Shown here in pieces: positions 1-8,697 of a stretch of 64,000 nucleotides of DNA. A model generated the notes under the pieces. That model was not told where the DNA came from. It saw only the letters and a list, made by a program, of their open reading frames with translations, and searched no databases. The stretch covers positions 63,075 through 127,074 of the forward strand of contig CBDCJX010000007.1 in assembly GCA_965218045.1 (NCBI GenBank), written 5' to 3'. The stretch is from Acetobacteraceae bacterium. GTDB taxonomy: Bacteria; Pseudomonadota; Alphaproteobacteria; Acetobacterales; Acetobacteraceae. The stretch's first letter is position 1, and each line of letters starts with the position of its first letter. The translations under genes were made by a program, and so were the position numbers.

Positions 1-4
1 GGTG

Positions 5-751
5 ATGGCACGTATTCTGCTGGTGACCGGCGGCAGTCAGGGGATCGGCGCCGCCGTGGCGCGGCTGGCCGCGCGCGCCGGCTGGGCGGTGGCGCTGAGC
101 TACGTGCGCTCCAGGGAGCTGGCTGACGGAATCGTGACGGAGATCGAGCAAGCCGGCGGTCGCGCGTTGGCGGTGCAGGCGGAAATGGCGGACGAGGCAT
201 CCGTGGTGGCCATGTTCCGCGCGGTCGACACCACGTTCGGCCGCCTCGATGCGTTGGTGAACAACGCCGGCACCACCGGGCCGATCCGGCGCATCGACCA
301 GGTCACCAGCGCGATCATCGAGGAGGTGATGGGCGTGAACGTGCGCGGCGCCTTCATCGCCACCCGCGAGGCGGCGGCGCGGATGGCGACCGATCGCGGC
401 GGCGCCGGCGGCGCCATCGTCAACGTCTCCTCGCGCGCCTCGGAGATCGGCGGCGCCGGGGAGTGGGTGCATTACGCCGCCTCGAAAGGGGCGATGGATT
501 CGCTCACCATCGGCTCGGCGCGCGAGCTCGGCCCGGTCGGGATACGCGTCAACGCGGTCAATCCGGGCCTGATCGAGACCGACCTGCACGCCCGCGCCGG
601 TGCCCCGGACCGGCTGGAACGGCTGAAGGGCGGCGTGCCGATGGGTCGGACCGGCAGCGCCGACGAGGTGGCGAAAGTGATACTCTGGCTGCTCTCGGAC
701 GACGCGTCGTATGTGAGCGCCGCCCTCATCCCTGTGTCAGGAGGCCGTTAG
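5..751 (+). CDS. SDR family NAD(P)-dependent oxidoreductase
   Basis: ORF 2..751 (GTG at 2, ATG at 5). Has the TGGSQGIG dinucleotide-binding motif, NNAG, and catalytic YAASK (Y-x3-K). Third-position GC is high. Confidence 0.85.
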   Translation: MARILLVTGGSQGIGAAVARLAARAGWAVALSYVRSRELADGIVTEIEQAGGRALAVQAEMADEASVVAMFRAVDTTFGRLDALVNNAGTTGPIRRIDQVTSAIIEEVMGVNVRGAFIATREAAARMATDRGGAGGAIVNVSSRASEIGGAGEWVHYAASKGAMDSLTIGSARELGPVGIRVNAVNPGLIETDLHARAGAPDRLERLKGGVPMGRTGSADEVAKVILWLLSDDASYVSAALIPVSGGR

Positions 752-1441
752 ATGGCTGGAAATACCTTGATCATCGGCGCCGGCAGCGGGCTCAGCGCTT
801 CGTTGGCGCGGGTTTTCACGGCCGATGGCGCGCGGGTTGCGCTGGCGGCGCGCGATGCCGGCAAGCTAGAGCCGCTGTGCCAGGAAACCGGCGCGCTCGC
901 CTTTGCCTGCGATGCCGCCGACCCCGAAGCGGTCGCGACCCTGTTCGAGCGGGCCGAGGCGCAGCTTGGTCCGCTCGACACCGTCATCTTCAACCCGAGC
1001 GCGCGCGTGGCCGGCTCGGTGGTTGAGATCGCGCCTGCCGACGTGCTGCGCGCTATCACCATCTCGGCTTTCGGCGGCTTCCTCGTCGGCCAGCAGGCGG
1101 CGCGTCGGATGCTGCCGCGTGGCAATGGCAGTATCCTGTTCACCGGCGCATCGGCCAGCGTGAAGGGCTACCCGCAGTCCGCCGCCTTCGCGATGGGCAA
1201 GTTCGGCCTGCGCGGGCTGGCGCAGAGCATGGCACGCGAGCTCGCCCCGCAAGGCATCCACGTCGCGCATTTCGTCATCGACGGCGGCATTCGCAGTGCC
1301 CGTCGAACCGACCCCGCCGATCGCCCCGACAGTCTGCTCGACCCCGACGACATTGCCCGCACCTACCTGCACGTCGCGCGGCAGCACCGCAGCGCCTGGA
1401 CCTGGGAGGTCGAGCTGCGGCCCTGGGTGGAGCGGTTCTGA
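752..1441 (+). CDS. SDR-like NAD(P)-binding oxidoreductase (atypical, catalytic Tyr position is Phe)
   Basis: The ATG directly abuts the upstream TAG stop. Has an IIGAGSGLSASLAR Rossmann motif. The GYPQSAAFAMGK segment aligns to the classical G-x-P-x-x-A-A-Y-x-x-x-K, with Phe in place of the catalytic Tyr. Confidence 0.75.
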   Translation: MAGNTLIIGAGSGLSASLARVFTADGARVALAARDAGKLEPLCQETGALAFACDAADPEAVATLFERAEAQLGPLDTVIFNPSARVAGSVVEIAPADVLRAITISAFGGFLVGQQAARRMLPRGNGSILFTGASASVKGYPQSAAFAMGKFGLRGLAQSMARELAPQGIHVAHFVIDGGIRSARRTDPADRPDSLLDPDDIARTYLHVARQHRSAWTWEVELRPWVERF

Positions 1442-1515
1442 TCCGCCTCTCGCTTGCCCTGGAGTGACACCCGCCGCATCCTCCCGGCGTATCGTACAAC
1501 CAAAGGGAGGACGCG

Positions 1516-1842
1516 ATGCTCTACGAGTTGCGCATCTATGACTGTGTGCCCGGCCGCTTGCCGGACCTGCTGAAGCGGTTCGACACGATCACCCTGAAGC
1601 TGTGGGAGAAGCACGGCATCCGCCAGGCCGGGTTCTGGACCACGGTGATCGGCGAGACCAATCAGCGGCTGTACTATCTGCTGGCATGGAACTCGCTCGC
1701 CGAGCGCGAGGAGAAGTGGAACAAGTTCGGCACCGACCCGGATTGGCTGTCGGCGCGGGCGCAGACCGAGGCGAACGGCGCCATCGTCGCGCAGGTCACC
1801 AACGAAATCTTGCAGCCCACCGCGTTCTCCTCAGTCAAATAG
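1516..1842 (+). CDS. NIPSNAP family protein
   Basis: 108 aa. The MLYELRIY...GRL..L..RF......W.KHGI...GFW pattern is typical of NIPSNAP/dimeric alpha-beta barrel proteins. GGGAGG RBS upstream. Confidence 0.7.
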   Translation: MLYELRIYDCVPGRLPDLLKRFDTITLKLWEKHGIRQAGFWTTVIGETNQRLYYLLAWNSLAEREEKWNKFGTDPDWLSARAQTEANGAIVAQVTNEILQPTAFSSVK

Positions 1843-1919
1843 CCAGACCGGGCGCGCGCTCGGTCACGTCACACGGACGGTGAGAGTGCTCGGGTTGCGA
1901 TCACCGCCCCGTGTGGCGC

Positions 1920-1948
1920 CTGTCATCGAAGCTTCACCGAACTGCAAT
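1920..1948 (+). promoter_or_regulatory. Pho box (PhoB binding site) upstream of pstS
   Basis: CTGTCAT-cgaa-GCTTCAC-cgaa-CTGCAAT: three 7-mers at 11-bp phasing, about 100 bp upstream of the pstS ATG. The first unit matches the CTGTCAT consensus exactly. Confidence 0.5.
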
Positions 1949-2045
1949 CTTCCCGACGCGGGCTCTGCGTAGGGTCCGGCTCGCGCCCAACGCATCGACG
2001 GCGGCCCGGCCGACGACGATGCGGCGCAAGAAAAAAGGGGAATGC

Positions 2046-3080
2046 ATGAAGCTCATGTCAGTCAGTCTGGTGGCCCTGGTCGCCGGCTGCGCTTTCGCGG
2101 CACACGCTCAGCAGGCAATCACCGGCGCCGGCGCAACCTTTCCAGCCCCCGTCTATACCAAATGGGGCGAGGAGGCGAAGTCGGCGATCGACATACACCT
2201 CAACTACCAGGCAATAGGCTCGGGCGGCGGACAAAACCAGATCCTCAACCGCACCGTCGATTTCGGCGCCTCCGACGCGCCGATGGACAAAGCCAAGTTG
2301 CAAAGCGGCAACTTGCTGCAATTCCCCACCGTGATGGGCGCCGTGGTTCCGATCGTGAACATACCAGGCGTCACCGACAACGGGTTAAAACTGACCGGGG
2401 AAGTGCTTGCCGATATCTATCTCGGCAAAATCACCAAGTGGGACGATCCGAAGATCGCGGAGATCAACCAGGGCGTGAAGCTGCCCAGCCTCGCGATCGC
2501 GTCGGTGCATCGGGCGGACGGATCGGGCACCAGCTTCGTGTTCACCTCCTATCTGTCGGCGGTCAGCCCGGAGTGGAAGGACAAGGTCGGCGCCGCGACC
2601 TCGGTGAGCTGGCCGGCAGGCGCCGGCGCCAAGGGAAATGACGGCGTCGCCGCCACGGTTTACAACACGCGCGGCGGCATCGGCTACGTGGAGAATGCGT
2701 ACGCGACGCAGAACCACATCCCGACCACGGAGCTGAGGAACAAGGCCGGGAAGTTCGTCAAGCCGACCATCGAGAGCTTCTCCGCCGCCGCCGAATCGGG
2801 TGACTGGACGGGGGCGCAGAACTATGCCGTGAGCCTGGTCGACATGCCGGGTGAAAAGAGCTGGCCGATCGTGTCGCCGACCTTCATCGAGCTGCCGAAG
2901 AACCCGACCGATCCCGCGCGCAGTGCGAACGTGATGAAGTTCTTCGACTGGGCCTACAAGAACGGCGACGAGACCGCTCGCAAGCTGGAATACATTACGC
3001 TGCCCGACAAGGTGCAGGATGCCGTCCGCGCAAGCTGGCGCAAGGAGATCAAGGGACCGGACGGCAAGCCCGTTCTCTGA
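2046..3080 (+). CDS. pstS: phosphate ABC transporter substrate-binding protein PstS
   Basis: Internal ATG at 2046 preceded by AAAGGGG. MKLMSVSLVALVAGCAFAAHA signal peptide, then GAGATFPAPVY. PstS-like throughout and followed by pstCAB. Confidence 0.9.
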   Translation: MKLMSVSLVALVAGCAFAAHAQQAITGAGATFPAPVYTKWGEEAKSAIDIHLNYQAIGSGGGQNQILNRTVDFGASDAPMDKAKLQSGNLLQFPTVMGAVVPIVNIPGVTDNGLKLTGEVLADIYLGKITKWDDPKIAEINQGVKLPSLAIASVHRADGSGTSFVFTSYLSAVSPEWKDKVGAATSVSWPAGAGAKGNDGVAATVYNTRGGIGYVENAYATQNHIPTTELRNKAGKFVKPTIESFSAAAESGDWTGAQNYAVSLVDMPGEKSWPIVSPTFIELPKNPTDPARSANVMKFFDWAYKNGDETARKLEYITLPDKVQDAVRASWRKEIKGPDGKPVL

Positions 3081-3155
3081 TTTCATCGGCGGCAATAATC
3101 ACGGAGGGGGTGCGCCGCGATGCGGTGCGTCCCTTCCGATCGGAGGCGTAGCTGA

Positions 3156-4121
3156 ATGAGTGCGGCGATTTCGGCAGGAACGCGACGACCCAGGACCAGA
3201 GCGCGCGCATCGCTCGGCGACCCGATCTTCGCGGCCCTGACGCGTGTCGCCGGCGTGTTCGTGCTGCTGCTGCTCGGCGCGATCATCGTCGAGCTGTTCA
3301 TCGGCGGCTGGCCGGCGTTTCGCGCCTTCGGCGCCGGCTTCGTGGTCTCATCGGTCTGGAACCCGGTCACCGGCAAGTTTGGCGCGCTCGTTCCGGTCTA
3401 CGGCACGATCATCACCTCGATCCTGGCGTTGATCATGGCGGTGCCGCTCTCCTTCGGCGTCGCGTTCTTCCTCACCGAGTTGGCGCCCTCCTGGCTACGC
3501 CGGCCGATCGGCACCGCGGTCGAGTTGCTCGCGGCGATTCCCTCCATCATCTACGGCATGTGGGGCTTCTTCGTCGTCGTGCCGTTGATGGCGCGATACG
3601 TGCAGCCCACGGTGATCGACAGCCTCGGCGATATGCCGGTGATCGGTGACCTGTTCCAAGGGCCGCCGTTCGGCACCGGCATATTCACCGCGGCGCTGAT
3701 CCTGGCCATCATGGTCATCCCGTTCATCGCCGCGACCATGCGAGACGTGTTTCTCACCGTGCCGGCGGTCTACAAGGAATCGGCTTACGGCGTTGGTTGC
3801 ACCACCTGGGAGGTGATGCGAAGCGTCGTCATGCCCTCCACCCGGGTCGCGGTCGTGGGCGGGATCATGCTCGGACTCGGCCGCGCGTTGGGCGAGACGA
3901 TGGCCGTCACCTTCGTCATCGGCAACACCAACCGGATCTCGGCGAGCCTGTTCGGGCCGGGCAACACCATCGCCTCGCTGGTCGCCTTGGAGTTCCCCGA
4001 GAGCCAGGCGGGGAGCCTGAAACTCGCCTCCCTGCTGGCGCTCGGCTTCATCCTGTTCGTGATCTCGTTCATCGTGCTGGCGATCTCGCGCGTGATGCTC
4101 AGGCCGCGAGCGGGCACGTGA
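3156..4121 (+). CDS. pstC: phosphate ABC transporter permease PstC
   Basis: 321-aa multi-pass membrane protein with an ABC permease EAA-type loop ([15 protein letters not shown]). Sits between pstS and pstA. Confidence 0.9.
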   Translation: MSAAISAGTRRPRTRARASLGDPIFAALTRVAGVFVLLLLGAIIVELFIGGWPAFRAFGAGFVVSSVWNPVTGKFGALVPVYGTIITSILALIMAVPLSFGVAFFLTELAPSWLRRPIGTAVELLAAIPSIIYGMWGFFVVVPLMARYVQPTVIDSLGDMPVIGDLFQGPPFGTGIFTAALILAIMVIPFIAATMRDVFLTVPAVYKESAYGVGCTTWEVMRSVVMPSTRVAVVGGIMLGLGRALGETMAVTFVIGNTNRISASLFGPGNTIASLVALEFPESQAGSLKLASLLALGFILFVISFIVLAISRVMLRPRAGT

Positions 4122-4128
4122 GGGCGGC

Positions 4129-4164
4129 CCCGTGAGCGCCAGCACCCCCGTGAGCGCCAGCACC
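4129..4164. repeat. perfect 18-bp tandem duplication (CCCGTGAGCGCCAGCACC x2) at the pstA 5' end
   Basis: Read directly: unit 1 is 4129-4146 and unit 2 is 4147-4164. It encodes [12 protein letters not shown] and creates two in-frame GTG starts (4132 and 4150). Confidence 0.95.
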
Positions 4165-5043
4165 ACAGCGCCCTCGCGCACCGCACCCGCCAAGGATTCC
4201 CGCGTGGCGCTGCGCCTCGGGCGGCGTCGCGGGCGAACCAGTCTCGTGGTCAAGGCGCTTTGCGTGCTGGCGACGATAATCACCTTGGTGCTGCTGGCGA
4301 CCATTCTCGTCACTCTGTTCTGGCTCGGGTTCGGTGGCCTATCGCTGCGCGTGTTCACGCACGTCACCTTGCCGCCCGGCTCGAATGGCGGCCTGCTGAA
4401 CGCCATCATCGGCAGCCTGATCCAGACGGCGATCGGCACGGTCATCGGCACGCCGATCGGGCTGCTGGTCGGCACCTACCTGGCAGAGTATTCGCGTGGC
4501 TCGGCGCTCGGTTCCGCAGTGCGCTTCGTCTCCGACGTGCTGCTCTCCGCTCCGTCGATTCTGATCGGCTTGTTCGTCTACACCGTCGCGGTGCAGCCCT
4601 ATGGCGGGTTCTCCGGCATGGCGGGTTGCCTGGCACTGGCGATCATCGTCATCCCGATTGTCGTGCGCACCACCGAGGACATGCTGAAGCTTATCCCGAT
4701 ATCGTTGCGCGAAGCAACCATCGCGCTTGGCGCGCCGAAGTGGAAGATGATCCTGCTGATCTGCTATCGCGCGGCGCGGGACGGCATCGTCACCGGCGTG
4801 CTGCTCGCGATCGCCCGCGTCGCCGGCGAGACCGCCCCATTGCTGTTCACCAGCTTGGGCAACCTCAATTGGTCGGTCGATCTCGCCCGGCCGATGGCCA
4901 GCTTGCCGGTGACGATCTACCAATACGCGGGGTCCGCCTTCTCCGACTGGGTGCAGCTTGCCTGGGTGGCCGCTTTGCTGATCACGGTCGGGGTCTTGGC
5001 CATCAACATCCTGGCGCGCACTCTCCTGCGTGGACAGCACTGA
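4132..5043 (+). CDS. pstA: phosphate ABC transporter permease PstA
   Basis: 303-aa membrane protein with an EAA-type loop ([14 protein letters not shown]). Lies between pstC and pstB. The start is ambiguous (GTG 4132 or GTG 4150). Confidence 0.88.
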   Translation: MSASTPVSASTTAPSRTAPAKDSRVALRLGRRRGRTSLVVKALCVLATIITLVLLATILVTLFWLGFGGLSLRVFTHVTLPPGSNGGLLNAIIGSLIQTAIGTVIGTPIGLLVGTYLAEYSRGSALGSAVRFVSDVLLSAPSILIGLFVYTVAVQPYGGFSGMAGCLALAIIVIPIVVRTTEDMLKLIPISLREATIALGAPKWKMILLICYRAARDGIVTGVLLAIARVAGETAPLLFTSLGNLNWSVDLARPMASLPVTIYQYAGSAFSDWVQLAWVAALLITVGVLAINILARTLLRGQH

Positions 5044-5057
5044 TTTCGGGAGTTCCG

Positions 5058-5891
5058 ATGAGCGCAACGCACGAAATCCTCGGCCCACAACAGCGCACGA
5101 TGGAGCGCGTCGGGACCCATGCCGAAGTGCCGCTCAATACGGCGCGCGTCTCGATCCGCAACCTGGATTTCTTCTATGGGGACAATCGCGCACTGAAGGG
5201 TATCGATCTGGAACTCCCCGCGCAGCAGGTCACCGGGCTGATCGGTCCTTCGGGATGCGGCAAGTCCACGCTGCTGCGCGTGCTGAACCGCATGTACGAT
5301 CTCTATCCCGGGCAGCGCGCCACGGGCGAAGTGCTGATGGACGGCGAGAACATCATTGCCCCCGGTATCGACCTCAACGCGCTGCGATCCCGCATCGGCA
5401 TGGTGTTCCAGAAGCCCACGCCGTTCCCGATGTCGATCTACAACAACATCGCGTTCGGCGTGAAGCTGCATGAGCGGCTGTCGAAGCGGGCGATGGACGA
5501 GCGCGTCGAATGGTCGCTGACTCGGGCGGCGCTGTGGGGCGAGGCCAAGGACCGGCTGAACACCTCGGCGATGGGATTGTCCGGCGGGCAACAACAGCGT
5601 CTGTGCATAGCCCGCACCATCGCGGTCCGCCCCGAGGTGATCCTGCTCGACGAACCGACCAGCGCCCTCGATCCGATCAGCACGCTCAAGATCGAGGAGC
5701 TGATCGACGAACTGAAGCACGAATTCACCTTGGTGATCGTGACGCACAACATGCAGCAGGCGGCGCGTTGCGCCGATCAGGTGGCGCTGCTGTATCTGGG
5801 CGAGCTGGTCGAGGTTGGCGCGGCGGCGCAGATGTTCACCGCGCCCAGGCAGCAGAAGACTCAGGAATACATCACCGGCCGCTTCGGCTAG
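5058..5891 (+). CDS. pstB: phosphate ABC transporter ATP-binding protein PstB
   Basis: ATG at 5058 within the longer ORF 4260..5891. Walker [13 protein letters not shown] signature LSGGQQQRL, Walker [12 protein letters not shown]. Confidence 0.95.
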   Translation: MSATHEILGPQQRTMERVGTHAEVPLNTARVSIRNLDFFYGDNRALKGIDLELPAQQVTGLIGPSGCGKSTLLRVLNRMYDLYPGQRATGEVLMDGENIIAPGIDLNALRSRIGMVFQKPTPFPMSIYNNIAFGVKLHERLSKRAMDERVEWSLTRAALWGEAKDRLNTSAMGLSGGQQQRLCIARTIAVRPEVILLDEPTSALDPISTLKIEELIDELKHEFTLVIVTHNMQQAARCADQVALLYLGELVEVGAAAQMFTAPRQQKTQEYITGRFG

Positions 5892-5910
5892 GCCGGGTTG
5901 GAGGGCGCAG

Positions 5911-6630
5911 ATGTCGGGCACCGCCGAACACATCGTCAAGAGCTACGAGCAGGAACTCACTCGGCTGCGCAACCTGATCACCGAGATGGGCGGCATCGTC
6001 GAGAACCAGGTGGCGATGGCGGCGACGGCGATCGTCACCCGTGATTCCAGCGCCGCCGCCAAGGTGATGGAGGAGGACCCACGAGTCGACGCGCTGGAGC
6101 GGCAGGTGGAGCAGTTCGTCATCCGCCTGCTTGCCCTGCGCCAGCCGATGGCCAGTGATCTGCGCCATATCGTCTCGTCGTTGAAGATGACCGGTGATCT
6201 CGAGCGTATCGGTGATTACGCGGCAAACGTCGCCAAGCGCAGCATCGTGCTCGATCAGTTCACCATGCAATACAGCCTGGGCGGTCTCGCGCACATGGCG
6301 CGGCTCGTGCAGGAGAACCTGAAAAGCATCATGGACGCGCTGGGCACGAGCGACGCCGAGAAAGCCGTCGAGGTGTGGCGCTCCGACCAGGCGATCGACG
6401 ACCTCTACAACACGATCTTCCGCGAGCTTATCACCTACATGATGGAGGATCCGCGCAACATCACGCCCTGCACGCATCTGCTGTTCATAGCCAAGAACCT
6501 AGAGCGAATTGGTGACCATGCCACGAACATTGCCGAGACCGTCTATTACGCCGCCAAGGGTGAGACGCTGCCGGAAGGTCGCCCGAAGGGCGACATGTCC
6601 GCCTACACCGTGGTTCGATCGCGGGACTGA
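5911..6630 (+). CDS. phoU: phosphate signalling complex protein PhoU
   Basis: ATG at 5911. Two PhoU repeats carry DLERIGDYAANVAK and NLERIGDHATNIAE motifs. Lies between pstB and phoB. Confidence 0.9.
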   Translation: MSGTAEHIVKSYEQELTRLRNLITEMGGIVENQVAMAATAIVTRDSSAAAKVMEEDPRVDALERQVEQFVIRLLALRQPMASDLRHIVSSLKMTGDLERIGDYAANVAKRSIVLDQFTMQYSLGGLAHMARLVQENLKSIMDALGTSDAEKAVEVWRSDQAIDDLYNTIFRELITYMMEDPRNITPCTHLLFIAKNLERIGDHATNIAETVYYAAKGETLPEGRPKGDMSAYTVVRSRD

Positions 6631-6669
6631 GTCGCCGCTCCGATCGGCCTCCAGCCGGGGCGGCCTCAC

Positions 6670-7386
6670 ATGAGCGAAGCAGCGATCAATCTGTCTAAGC
6701 CACTGGTCCTCGTCGTCGAGGACGAAGCGGCGCTGGCGACCATGCTGCGCTACAATCTGGAGAAGCAGGGTTTTCGCGTCGACGAGGCGGTCGACGGCCA
6801 GGAGGCGCTGACCCGGATCTCCGAAGCGCAACCCGACCTCGTGCTGCTGGACTGGATGCTGCCGGTGATGTCCGGCATAGAGGTGTGCCGCCAGATCCGC
6901 CGGCGTCCCGCCACTCGCGATTTGCCGGTGATCATGGTGACGGCGCGGACCGAGGATCAGGACGCGGTGCGCGGCCTGAACACCGGCGCCGACGACTACA
7001 TCACCAAGCCGTTCAGCATGGAGGCGCTGCTCGCTCGCATGCGCGCGCTGCTGCGTCGGTCCAACGCGGTGCCCATGAAGGGGCAGCTCGGCTTCCACGA
7101 CATCTCGATGGATCTCGGCGCGCATCGGGTGCAACGCAACGATCGTCCGATCCATCTCGGACCGACCGAGTTCCGCCTGCTCGAGTTCTTCCTGCAGCAC
7201 CCGCGTCGCGTATTCTCGCGCGAGGAGCTGCTCGACGCCGTATGGGGTCCGGACATCCACGTCGAGCCGCGCACCGTCGATGTCCATATCAGAAGGCTGC
7301 GTAAGTCGGTCAACGCGCCCGGCGAGCTCGACCTGGTGCGCACGGTGCGCGCGGCCGGCTACTCCCTCGACACCGACCCGCTCTGA
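6670..7386 (+). CDS. phoB: phosphate regulon response regulator PhoB (OmpR family)
   Basis: Receiver domain (VLVVEDE, DLVLLDWMLP) plus a winged-helix output domain (RTVDVHIRRLRK). Sits downstream of phoU. Confidence 0.9.
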   Translation: MSEAAINLSKPLVLVVEDEAALATMLRYNLEKQGFRVDEAVDGQEALTRISEAQPDLVLLDWMLPVMSGIEVCRQIRRRPATRDLPVIMVTARTEDQDAVRGLNTGADDYITKPFSMEALLARMRALLRRSNAVPMKGQLGFHDISMDLGAHRVQRNDRPIHLGPTEFRLLEFFLQHPRRVFSREELLDAVWGPDIHVEPRTVDVHIRRLRKSVNAPGELDLVRTVRAAGYSLDTDPL

Positions 7387-7512
7387 GATTGCCACGGCCT
7401 GGCGCTGCCGGAGGTGCCGTTCGGCGGCGTGAAGGGTTCTGGGTTGCGGCCCCGGGGCGGTCTCGAAGCGATCGAGAGCTATCTCAGCACCAAGTTCGTC
7501 ACCCAGGTCTGA
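7387..7512 (+). pseudogene. C-terminal remnant (~41 codons) of an aldehyde dehydrogenase gene
   Basis: The frame directly after the phoB TGA reads DCHGLALPEVPFGGVKGSGLRPRGGLEAIESYLSTKFVTQV*. This matches the conserved ALDH C-terminus (E-x-PFGG-V-K-x-SG-x-GREG...Y...K). No N-terminal part is present. Confidence 0.5.
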
Positions 7513-7686
7513 CGCTGAACCCCGGCGCGTTCGGTTCCGCCCTTCAGCCGTCGGTGGGCGGGAGCGCTCTGGCACATCCGCCCGCAAAGCTTTAGGAAGC
7601 TGGACATTGGCGTTCGAACCGGACCGCGCCCGCCGGCGTCTGTCCCGCGATGTTCGAGGCGTGACGGTGATGAGCGGGGAGAGGGT

Positions 7687-7956
7687 ATGTCGAAGGCATT
7701 CATCGCCCGGGTGATCCAGGACTCGGCGGAGCTGACCGGCACCGCGGCGAACCAGGCGGCCGGTGACCTGATGGCCGCGATCGTCAAGGAACTCAAAAAG
7801 ACGGGGCGGTTCACTCTCCCGAGCTTCGGCACGTTCACCGTCCGCAAGACCAAGGCGAGGAAGGGCCTCAACCCGCAGACCGGCGAATCGATCCGGGTCA
7901 AGGCCGGCAAGACCGTTCGGTTCAAGGCGTCACCGACACTGAAGAAGCTCGTCTGA
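7687..7956 (+). CDS. HU family DNA-binding protein
   Basis: 89 aa. Typical HU/IHF sequence: LPSFGTFTVRKTKARKGLNPQTGESIRVKAGKTVRFKAS (beta-arm with the RNPQTGE-like motif). Confidence 0.9.
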   Translation: MSKAFIARVIQDSAELTGTAANQAAGDLMAAIVKELKKTGRFTLPSFGTFTVRKTKARKGLNPQTGESIRVKAGKTVRFKASPTLKKLV

Positions 7957-8071
7957 CCGGGTCGATCCGCGGGAGGATGCACGTGCGTGTTACCGGTGTG
8001 GGCGGCGGCATCCGAGAACCGGTTCGCACGTTGGCCTGAGATCCACAGCCGCGATCAAGCTGGAGCGCCCG

Positions 8072-8695
8072 ATGAGCATGCACCGCGTCAGCCGACGCAA
8101 CGTCCTGGGCGGGACTGCCGCCGGGTTTGCCGCACTCCCGCTCGCCGCGCGGGCCGCCGTCTCGGAGCCGGATGCCGCGCCCGCCGTCATTGTCGAGACC
8201 GCGCCGGTCCGCACGCCGGAAACGCAGGATATCGTTCTGCAGGTGAACGGACGGCGTCTCCCGCTCAGCGTCGAGCCGCGCACCTCGCTGCTCGACGCGC
8301 TGCGTGAGCAGGCCGGGCTGACCGGCACGAAGAAGGGCTGCGATCGCGGCTCGTGCGGCGCTTGCACCGTGCATCTCGACGGGCGACGGGTGGTGTCCTG
8401 CCTCACCCTCGCGGTGCGTTGCCAGGGGCGCGCGATCGCCACCGTCGAGGGCCTGGCCAGCGACGCCGACCTGCATCCGGTGCAGGCCGCGTTCCTGGAC
8501 CACGACGCGCTGCAATGCGGCTATTGCACGCCGGGCCAGATCATGTCGGCGGCCGCGCTGATCGAGGAAGGGCACGCGGGCTCGGCCGACGAGATACGCG
8601 AGTGGATGAGCGGCAATCTCTGTCGCTGCGGCGCCTACCCGAACATCGTCGCCGCGATCCAGACCGCCGCCGGCTCGACCAGGTCGGAGGGCTGA
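8072..8695 (+). CDS. (2Fe-2S)-binding subunit of a xanthine dehydrogenase-family aldehyde oxidoreductase, TAT-exported (PaoA-like)
   Basis: Twin-arginine signal (VSRRNVLGGTAAGFAALPLAARA). Two [2Fe-2S] motifs: CDRGSCGACTV and CGYCTPGQIM...CRCGAY. Confidence 0.85.
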   Translation: MSMHRVSRRNVLGGTAAGFAALPLAARAAVSEPDAAPAVIVETAPVRTPETQDIVLQVNGRRLPLSVEPRTSLLDALREQAGLTGTKKGCDRGSCGACTVHLDGRRVVSCLTLAVRCQGRAIATVEGLASDADLHPVQAAFLDHDALQCGYCTPGQIMSAAALIEEGHAGSADEIREWMSGNLCRCGAYPNIVAAIQTAAGSTRSEG

Positions 8696-8697
8696 GG

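Noticed and set aside
1911-2045. 45-codon N-terminal extension of pstS in the ORF track
   Set aside because: The signal peptide and RBS support ATG 2046. The extension contains the Pho box and has no coding character.
4260-5057. N-terminal 266 codons of ORF 4260..5891
   Set aside because: This part lies out of frame over pstA. Only the part from ATG 5058 onward is PstB (Walker A begins shortly after).
7570-7586. TGGCACATCCGCCCGCA, a sigma-54-like element upstream of the HU gene
   Set aside because: The GG-to-GC spacing is 11 nt rather than the invariant 10, and the -12 region lacks TTGC.
6499-7587. 362-aa minus-strand ORF
   Set aside because: It is antisense to phoB and the ALDH remnant, with no motifs. 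phoB on the plus strand is unambiguous.
7600-7630. GCGTTCGAACCGG, a T-loop-like motif considered as a possible tRNA
   Set aside because: No matching T-stem, acceptor stem or anticodon arm can be drawn around it.
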